From a virus (lineage: Duplodnaviria > Caudoviricetes), in the IMG/VR virus record IMGVR_UViG_3300025646_000258, positions 1 to 27,695 of that record: DNA of 27,695 bases. One strand, written 5' to 3'. Position numbers and translations under genes: made by a program. This document shows positions 1 through 6,317 of this stretch, in pieces. The notes under the pieces were generated by a model. That model saw only the letters and a list, made by a program, of their open reading frames with translations. It was not told the DNA's origin and did no database searches. Position 1 is the stretch's first letter. The number at the start of each line of letters is the position of its first letter.

Positions 1-615
1 ACGGGTGCGCTGGGCACTCTTGGAATTGCTGGTCTAAGTGGTGCAAGTCGCATGGGTCTGTTTGGCGGCAGTCCTTCAGAGTTGAGCGGAGAATCTGCAT
101 CTTTTGGCAGCATGGGCTCCCAACCACAGTCTTTCGGTGCAGGGAGCGCCATGGGAGCCGGTGCAGGCAACCTTGCGAACGTACAAGGGAACGCGACAGC
201 CGACCGTGTGATTTTTGACCCCTTGCTCGCTCAGGGGAATCAGGCGCTGACCGGATTCGAGGGGCAACAGGAGTTTGGAGGGTTCGGCGTCAGAACAGGT
301 GAGGACATGTACATTGGCGACCGACTCATGAAAAGCGTGGTTGAAGACATGCACCGTAAGGCACTTCTCAAGAAGGAAGGGCTCTGCAAAGGCGGTTGCG
401 GTCAGACCATCAAGATGTGTGGCTGTGAGAAGACCGTGAAGGCTGAGTGCCCGAAGTGCGGCAAGAACTGCTCCTGCGACCAGAAGAACAAGGCCGACAA
501 GAAGCCTGCACACGGCATGGTCATCGTCATCGGCTCTAAGGCTGGCCCCGGCCCCATGACTGAAGGCAAGCGCGACAAGTTGGACTCTGAGAAGGGCTCC
601 GACAAGGACGACTGA
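1..615 (+). CDS. Hypothetical protein, 5'-truncated; Gly-rich N-part and Cys-rich C-terminal region
   Basis: Frame is open from position 1 (TGALGTLGIAGLSGASR-MGLFGG...), so the gene probably starts left of the window. C-terminal part has CKGGC...CGC...CPKCGKNCSC, a putative metal-binding cluster. Confidence 0.7.
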   Translation, partial: TGALGTLGIAGLSGASRMGLFGGSPSELSGESASFGSMGSQPQSFGAGSAMGAGAGNLANVQGNATADRVIFDPLLAQGNQALTGFEGQQEFGGFGVRTGEDMYIGDRLMKSVVEDMHRKALLKKEGLCKGGCGQTIKMCGCEKTVKAECPKCGKNCSCDQKNKADKKPAHGMVIVIGSKAGPGPMTEGKRDKLDSEKGSDKDD

Positions 616-644
616 TTATATCGGATGAGCGTCAAATCGGGTCC

Positions 645-684
645 GGGGCGGGGGGTTCCCCTCCGCACACCGGCCCTCCGCCCC
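645..684 (+). other. GC-rich intergenic stem-loop
   Basis: GGGGCGGGGGGTT (645-657) pairs with GGCCCTCCGCCCC (672-684) over 13 bp including G-U pairs. It lies in the longest intergenic gap of the window. Confidence 0.55.
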
Positions 685-736
685 ACCTACGGTGCACTTA
701 AGACCCACCGGCACTTCGCCATTTCGAGGGAACACC

Positions 737-1297
737 ATGTCCGGTGTAGATAACAGCAACAATGACCAAGCAGAAATTCGACTGATGGGGCTCATCCTGA
801 CGCAGGCTGTGTCCATTGGTTTGGCCATCGCCATCTTTGATTCTGGCATCTGGCTTAACCTTCCTGAGCCAACCCTCAACGGCGTGACCTACGCTATGGC
901 AGCCTTCGCCGTGCAAGGCTTAGCCTACTACCTGTTCAAAATGTTCTTTCAGCAAGGAATGGATGAACGCGCTCGCGCTGCTGCTCAAGAGCGTGCTCGG
1001 CGCACACGCTATCGCAGCATGGAGATGAACTTCGACCAGCGGCGTCAGGATATGGAGATGCGGATGCAGGAGGCTCAATTGGAAGCCGAACTCCGCTGGA
1101 TGGAGAAGAACCCCGGTCGCACACCTCCTTGGATAGAATCTCGCATGGCTTCGGCCAGTTCTTCGTCGGTCGACTTCATCCCAGAAGAAGTGGCAAGGCA
1201 CGTGGCACCAATGAGCCTTGGGCTTGAGTTCACTGACGCTGAAGAGGACGTCGGTCCTGAGCGCGGTCCTGATGGAAAGTTCAAGAAGAAGGAGTGA
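737..1297 (+). CDS. Membrane protein with two N-terminal TM helices and a coiled-coil/charged tail
   Basis: Hydrophobic segments LMGLILTQAVSIGLAIAIF and GVTYAMAAFAVQGLAYYLF, followed by an R/E/Q-rich helix. ATG at 737 follows GAGGG and is preferred over the track start at 692. Confidence 0.8.
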   Translation: MSGVDNSNNDQAEIRLMGLILTQAVSIGLAIAIFDSGIWLNLPEPTLNGVTYAMAAFAVQGLAYYLFKMFFQQGMDERARAAAQERARRTRYRSMEMNFDQRRQDMEMRMQEAQLEAELRWMEKNPGRTPPWIESRMASASSSSVDFIPEEVARHVAPMSLGLEFTDAEEDVGPERGPDGKFKKKE

Positions 1298-1303
1298 TGG
1301 GGC

Positions 1304-1552
1304 TTGGGCCGCATCTTCAAGACGCCGTCTGACGATGCCGTCGAGGAGACCCTTCGGAGCATGCACATCGCCAACACGGTGGACGTGGCCTACGAGCGCA
1401 GTCTTGGATGGTTGCGTACCGTTCTGTTTTCTGTCGCCACAGCATTCATCATTAGTGGCTACGAGTTCTACCGTGACTGGAGTCTTTGGGAGTCAACGGG
1501 TGAGTGGGTCAGAGAAACGCTTCGTCGGTGGGCAGACTCGATTTTCAACTGA
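1304..1552 (+). CDS. Small single-pass membrane protein
   Basis: TTG start 6 nt after GGAGTGA; hydrophobic stretch LGWLRTVLFSVATAFIISGY; Trp-rich C-terminus; tightly packed between neighbouring genes. Confidence 0.75.
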   Translation: MGRIFKTPSDDAVEETLRSMHIANTVDVAYERSLGWLRTVLFSVATAFIISGYEFYRDWSLWESTGEWVRETLRRWADSIFN

Positions 1553-1561
1553 GGTTCGACC

Positions 1562-2284
1562 ATGAGTGCAATCGGAGGCTCCGCACTGGTCGGTGGCGTC
1601 GTTTTTGCTCGTGAGTTGTGGCACTACTGGAAGCCTCGCCGCGTCGGTGTCTACGGTCCGCCTATGGTTGGCAAGACGACGCTCGACCGCTACATGACCA
1701 CACCCGGTGAGATGGAAGCCATCCCTGAAGACGAACGAACCAAGCACTTCAAGGTCCCCGGACTGAATCGTTTTTTGCTGCCCACCCCAACACGAAAGCG
1801 CGTGTCCTACAAGGGCGATACGCGGGTGGTTTATTCTTCGGACGTGGGAGGCGACGAGCGCTTTTGGAACCTCTGGATTGACGACATGGTCAACCGTCAA
1901 GTCGAATCCATCGTCTTTCTGTTTGACCATCGCTCAAAGGACGGTGGCGAAGCGGCCATTCAAGCCATTGGCGGCTTCAAGTACCTCGTTGACGCTGTTC
2001 TGCATCGCCAATATCGGTACCGCAACTTGAAATCGTGGATGAAGGGGAAAAAGTATGCACCAAAAATCGTCATGCTCGTGGCGAACAAAGCCGACCAGTG
2101 GTGGGACGAACAAGCCAACATTCTCTGGCAACAGCAGCGACTCGGTGAACACGCCATGTACGACCCTTTCAGAGCCGACCTCGTCCGTTTGCAGAAGGCG
2201 GGTATTCCTACGAAGAGGGGAATGATGGCCACAAGAATTGGCTGGAACGTCGAAAACACGATGCTTGACTTGCTGACTGGATAG
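1562..2284 (+). CDS. Ras-superfamily (Arf/Sar1/Rab-like) small GTPase
   Basis: G1 GPPMVGKT (1655-1678), G3 DVGG followed by DERFWNLW (from 1841), beta strand IVFLFD, G4 NKAD (2084-2095) and a G5-like MATRIGWNVENTM. N-terminal hydrophobic/aromatic segment. Confidence 0.9.
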   Translation: MSAIGGSALVGGVVFARELWHYWKPRRVGVYGPPMVGKTTLDRYMTTPGEMEAIPEDERTKHFKVPGLNRFLLPTPTRKRVSYKGDTRVVYSSDVGGDERFWNLWIDDMVNRQVESIVFLFDHRSKDGGEAAIQAIGGFKYLVDAVLHRQYRYRNLKSWMKGKKYAPKIVMLVANKADQWWDEQANILWQQQRLGEHAMYDPFRADLVRLQKAGIPTKRGMMATRIGWNVENTMLDLLTG

Positions 2285-2294
2285 GTGATAAGTG

Positions 2295-3299
2295 ATGATT
2301 GGAAGATTTGGTGGATATGGGCAGGTACCGCAGAGTGACGCGAGTCTGGCGACGATGAGTCAGGCTCACTTAATGGCATTGAGCCAGCAAGGCAACGCGA
2401 GCCATGAGCAATTGCTGGAGATGCAGGCTGCTCAGCAAGGCATGCGGGACATGGCTGGCAAGCAGAACATTGTCGTGCCAAAGGTCAACTTCTATCCGAG
2501 CCGCCATCCTGACCCTCGGAAGGCGAGGAAGCAGGACATTCGGCAGGCTCGGAGTCTTTTGACGCCGACCAAGCGAGGTTTGCTGAATCCATTCCGCTGG
2601 GTTTGGACGTTTAAGTACAGGTACAACAGGCAGAGCAACCTCTGCGTCATCGACGGGTGCAACTGCGAGGAACTGATTCGCTACGACAACCTCTACGCGA
2701 AGATTACGGATGAGGAAACCGGCAAGAGTTTGTGGGAACTCTACTGGCGAAACCCCGTCACACAGACTCCAGAGCCTTTCGTGGCACGGGAAAAGGTCAC
2801 CAACGGTCAGAAAATGAAGGGGACCTACTGTCCTGAGCACCTCCACCTTTACCACCTCCTGTGCAAGTGGGAAGCCGAGAACGACAAGGACCACAACACC
2901 ACCAAGACGGGAATGAAGGAAATGGTCAAGAAGGGTGTTTCGACGGTCGCTGTTCCTATCGCGGTGGTCAAGAAGAAGGACAACACGCCTGAGTTGCTCA
3001 AGAAGTACGAGCCCTTCTTTATGGAATTGGAAAGGGACTCCAGCACGCACCCCGGCATCACCCTCTCGCACTACCAGAACCCTGAAACCGGACTGAACGA
3101 CATCACCACGGTCACTTTTGACTTGCGGATGTTTCAGAAAGAAGTGCTGGCCACGCGACCTCAACTCTCTGATGCCATCGCGAACCTTGGCATCATGCAG
3201 ATTGCACCGACCCACCCTGTAGTCGGACCAGCAGAAGGTGTTATGGGAAGGCCTGAACTCCCACAGACCGAGCAGGGTCTGTTCGGACAGGGGGCTTGA
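2295..3299 (+). CDS. Hypothetical protein with a putative Zn-binding domain
   Basis: ATG 6 nt after AGGTGA. CVIDGCNC ... YCPEHLHLYHLLC ligand set; Gln/Met-rich N-terminus. Confidence 0.75.
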   Translation: MIGRFGGYGQVPQSDASLATMSQAHLMALSQQGNASHEQLLEMQAAQQGMRDMAGKQNIVVPKVNFYPSRHPDPRKARKQDIRQARSLLTPTKRGLLNPFRWVWTFKYRYNRQSNLCVIDGCNCEELIRYDNLYAKITDEETGKSLWELYWRNPVTQTPEPFVAREKVTNGQKMKGTYCPEHLHLYHLLCKWEAENDKDHNTTKTGMKEMVKKGVSTVAVPIAVVKKKDNTPELLKKYEPFFMELERDSSTHPGITLSHYQNPETGLNDITTVTFDLRMFQKEVLATRPQLSDAIANLGIMQIAPTHPVVGPAEGVMGRPELPQTEQGLFGQGA

Positions 3300-3302
3300 G
3301 TC

Positions 3303-3920
3303 ATGTTTGGCAACCCATCATCATCTGGAGCATTGAATCTTGGTGCCTCTTCAATGGTCGCGCAGCCTGCCATGTCGAACCCCTTCGCTTCACAGGGTAT
3401 GCAGCAGATGTCCCAGTCCCCCTTCATGGGAGGGATGGCTGGTGGCATGGGCATGCAGCAGAACATGATGCAGCAGCCTATGGCACCTCCCAGTGAAATG
3501 GAAATTCAATTAGCACTGATGCGCACTTTGGCTCCTATTGACCGCTTCGTTGCCGGACCGAGCATGGCTACGTTGGTGAAAATGCTCAACGACCTCATGT
3601 CTTTCTCGATTCTTGAAATCTTGAAAAGTGCTACGTTCAAACTTGACGATGAAGGCGTGATGAAAATGGACATTACGAGCCTTCCTCCTCATCTGCAGAC
3701 GATGAGCGCTGAGAACGTCACCACTCAGTATAACTCACTCCAGATGGTGAGTCAGCAGAGCATTCAGCAGGCAGAAATGCAGCAGCAGCAGATTGCTGCG
3801 TTTGCACAGCAGAGCATGATGGGAGGCGCGTTGAGCGCAGCCCTTGCGAATGAAGGCCTCATGGACAGGGCAGGTGGCGCTGCTGGTAAGTTCATGGGTT
3901 CGTTTATGGGGGTGAGGTGA
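3303..3920 (+). CDS. Met/Gln/Gly-rich hypothetical protein
   Basis: Starts 3 nt after the upstream stop. Low-complexity M/Q/G termini flank a central helical region, and the C-terminus (AAGKFMGSFMGVR) looks amphipathic. Confidence 0.75.
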   Translation: MFGNPSSSGALNLGASSMVAQPAMSNPFASQGMQQMSQSPFMGGMAGGMGMQQNMMQQPMAPPSEMEIQLALMRTLAPIDRFVAGPSMATLVKMLNDLMSFSILEILKSATFKLDDEGVMKMDITSLPPHLQTMSAENVTTQYNSLQMVSQQSIQQAEMQQQQIAAFAQQSMMGGALSAALANEGLMDRAGGAAGKFMGSFMGVR

Positions 3921-4159
3921 TGATTCAGGATTCTATGTCGGGTTTTGCGTCTTCGACGATGGAGATTTTCGCTCCGGTGAAAAGCGTCATCATCGACATG
4001 GTCATGGTGCAACTGTTGTCCATCATCATCGCATTGGCAGCCATTTTACTACTTGCATCCTCGGAGTTGAAGAGTGACCAGATTGCCTACCTTGTGGCAG
4101 GACTATTCGGGGCGTTCTTCATGCTCGGCAGCATCTATGCCCGCATCTCCGAGGTGTAG
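3917..4159 (+). CDS. Small two-TM membrane protein
   Basis: Overlaps the upstream stop (GTGA; ATG at 3920 is an alternative start). TM1 VMVQLLSIIIALAAILLLA and TM2 IAYLVAGLFGAFFMLGSIYA. Confidence 0.75.
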   Translation: MMIQDSMSGFASSTMEIFAPVKSVIIDMVMVQLLSIIIALAAILLLASSELKSDQIAYLVAGLFGAFFMLGSIYARISEV

Positions 4160-4429
4160 AGGGCCAGTGTAGCGACCCCACTTCTTGAGTGGGCACTCGC
4201 TCGACCGCAGCACGGTCTTGACCCGCATTTGGCAGCCGCACTCCAAGCACCGGCTGTACCATTCGTCCCAGCGCGGGCAGGTTTTACAGATGCTGATTCG
4301 CTCTGTCTGAATTTGGTCAGGTACAAAGCGGCGCAGTCCAGCGTCTCGTGCTGCTCGACTAAGGTCGACAACGGTTTTCATGGACACAGGTACGCCTGCA
4401 ATCCGAGGTGCAGCGCGTGGCAGTTTCAT
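4103..4429 (-). CDS. Small Cys-rich Zn-binding protein (resembles the DUF6171-like R-x-x-IC-x-x-C...C-x-x-CGC...K...CP-x-x-KW pattern)
   Basis: Within the track ORF 4103..4642(-). Motif ERISICKTCP...RCLECGCQMRVKTVLRSSECPLKKW. ATG at 4429 fills the otherwise empty gap 4160-4430. The family name is recalled, not searched. Confidence 0.7.
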   Translation of the reverse strand: MKLPRAAPRIAGVPVSMKTVVDLSRAARDAGLRRFVPDQIQTERISICKTCPRWDEWYSRCLECGCQMRVKTVLRSSECPLKKWGRYTGPLHLGDAGIDAAEHEERPE

Positions 4430-4490
4430 GCTGTTCAGGACCGGCTTGGCGTTCAAAACCGTTATGGCGGCTGGTTGCGTGGCCCGACGT
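4430..4490. promoter_or_regulatory. Probable divergent promoter region
   Basis: 61-nt gap between head-to-head start codons (4429 on -, 4491 on +) with a central AT-richer core (GTTCAAAACCGTTAT). Neither gene has an SD site, consistent with leaderless mRNAs. Confidence 0.4.
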
Positions 4491-5189
4491 ATGGGGAGCG
4501 GACGCCAGAACAAGCGTTCATGTCCGTTCTGCCAACACGGCGACCGTGACTCGTTGGAACAGAGCATCATCGACGGGGTCGCCGAAGCCCGATTGATAGA
4601 CCAAGACTTGGGCTGGAGAGCCAATACGGCTGAACGCCACATGAAAAATCACGTCGGTGACTATCATGTCGGCGCCAACCACTCCTGCGCGGTCTGCACC
4701 GACGACAACCGGCGCATGTTTGAGGTCGCCTACTTTGAAGGCGAGCGCACCACGGACGACATCGCTGAAGAATTGGGGTGCAGTGAAGAATTGGTCTACC
4801 GCCACATGAAGCAGCACTTCCAACCGTTGGTCAAGAAGTCGTCAGCGGCCATCGTGGCCATTGATGCTGGGCAGGAAATCGACATCTTGCGCGACAACGT
4901 CCAGTCCCTCAACGGCAAGTTGGCTCAGTTCATGCAGGAAAGCAGCGTGCACGATGATGGCGTGATTGCCGACATGGTGCGTCTGCACAAGGAAGTGCGC
5001 GAGACACTCAAGGACCTCAGCATGTATCAGGAGAAGTGGGCTACCCCGACAACGAGCGTGGCCAACAGCACCATCAATGTCCTGAAAGTTGAGTTGGGTA
5101 AGGAGAGCCCTGAAGTATGGCGCCGCGTCCGCGAAAGCCTGCTGTCCCAAGCCGATGGTGTCGACGAAGACATCGTAGATATTCTGTGA
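4491..5189 (+). CDS. Tandem Zn-finger/HTH DNA-binding protein with C-terminal coiled coil; candidate terminase small subunit
   Basis: Two repeats: CPFCQH...LG...ERHMKNH and CAVC...DDIAEELGCSEELVYRHMKQH. A coiled coil follows, and the gene heads the run leading to TerL. Start could alternatively be 4464. TerS role is inferred. Confidence 0.65.
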   Translation: MGSGRQNKRSCPFCQHGDRDSLEQSIIDGVAEARLIDQDLGWRANTAERHMKNHVGDYHVGANHSCAVCTDDNRRMFEVAYFEGERTTDDIAEELGCSEELVYRHMKQHFQPLVKKSSAAIVAIDAGQEIDILRDNVQSLNGKLAQFMQESSVHDDGVIADMVRLHKEVRETLKDLSMYQEKWATPTTSVANSTINVLKVELGKESPEVWRRVRESLLSQADGVDEDIVDIL

Positions 5190-5198
5190 GGTGAGAAG

Positions 5199-6317
5199 AT
5201 GCCGGCGACTGGTTCCGACACGCGGATGTACAGTCCGCGTAGCGAGTCCAACCTCGGCTACTCCAAGGACGACGACTACCCGCACGGTATCGGCGACCCA
5301 GAGGAAATGGAGGCCTACCGCGACAAGCAGATGGCTGAGAAGGAGAAGCCAACGCTCACCGATGACCTCCCTCACCTGCAACTCTCCATCCCTCGCACAC
5401 CTCCGCCCGTGCCCGGTATGCCTCCGATGGAGGAAGAGGAGCCAGCGATGGACGACCAGTTCAACGAGGGTCAGCAGTTTGGGGCCATGACGGGCATGCC
5501 TGACGTGGGCAACCTCAGCATCGGCAACGCGACGGGGACCATGCCCGCTCCCGGTGGCATGTTGGCTACGGGTGAGCCTATGGAGCACGCGTGGTCGTCG
5601 CTCATGAAAGCGCGGCTTGACGATGTGGGCACTGGGAAAGACAAAACGTGGAGCCAGCCGAAGTTTGAGACGCAGCCCGGTGGGTCCGACATCACGACGG
5701 CGACCAGCCGCCGCTCCAAGGCGCAGTCGCGTGCACTCGGTGGCGGCGGGAAAAAGCGCGGCCTTGACCTCGCTCCACTGAGCGTCGACCGGACGCACCT
5801 TGGCGTAGCGACCAAGCAGCCCCTCCGCCTCTTCCCTGAGCAGTACGGCCACCAGCGCGCGACTCAGCAGCGCCGCAGGCTCATGGGCAACGTGCCTCAG
5901 GCTCCTGCGGGGCACGGGCTTGGCCCAGAGCGGACCTATCAGCCGCGTGGACCGAAGGTTGCTGTGAGCGGGCAGACTCCGATGAAGGAGCCTATGGTGC
6001 CCCGCGAAAGAGGGCAAGGTTTTGCCAAGTCCATGGAGGGCCTGCGCGAGGACATCGAGGCCCTGAACAAGGCCAAGGACTACCTGCAGTTCAGCCAAAT
6101 CCGAAGGCTGCTGCGCCAACTCAAGGATGCGACGGAGCGGCAAGAGCGGCGACTGAAGGCTGCTGCGCCCGGTGAGAATCGAGAGGCTGGACATCGAGAG
6201 GGGCAGGACAGCACGACGAAACCTGAGGGCGCCACTGAGAATCTGGAGGACGACCCGAAGAACTGGGGCGCCCCGTCCACGTTGTTTGCTGCACGTGGGA
6301 GCGGGAGGGTCGGCTGA
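5199..6317 (+). CDS. Hypothetical protein, largely low-complexity/disordered
   Basis: GAGGTGA SD 4 nt upstream of ATG; 372 aa; stop overlaps the next start (TGATG). Confidence 0.75.
   Translation: MPATGSDTRMYSPRSESNLGYSKDDDYPHGIGDPEEMEAYRDKQMAEKEKPTLTDDLPHLQLSIPRTPPPVPGMPPMEEEEPAMDDQFNEGQQFGAMTGMPDVGNLSIGNATGTMPAPGGMLATGEPMEHAWSSLMKARLDDVGTGKDKTWSQPKFETQPGGSDITTATSRRSKAQSRALGGGGKKRGLDLAPLSVDRTHLGVATKQPLRLFPEQYGHQRATQQRRRLMGNVPQAPAGHGLGPERTYQPRGPKVAVSGQTPMKEPMVPRERGQGFAKSMEGLREDIEALNKAKDYLQFSQIRRLLRQLKDATERQERRLKAAAPGENREAGHREGQDSTTKPEGATENLEDDPKNWGAPSTLFAARGSGRVG

Noticed and set aside
616-736. tRNA or intrinsic terminator in the first intergenic gap
   Set aside because: No cloverleaf or T-loop consensus, and no U-tract after the hairpin.
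3917-4159. Calling the 2-TM protein a holin
   Set aside because: Size and topology fit, but there is no adjacent endolysin or family motif; kept only as part of the operon hypothesis.
4380-4490. Track start of the Zn-HTH gene at 4380
   Set aside because: It would overlap the minus-strand gene start; the motif-bearing region begins after ATG 4491.
4842-6194. 450-aa minus-strand ORF
   Set aside because: Antisense shadow of two well-supported + genes; Arg/Leu/His-rich with no motif or SD.
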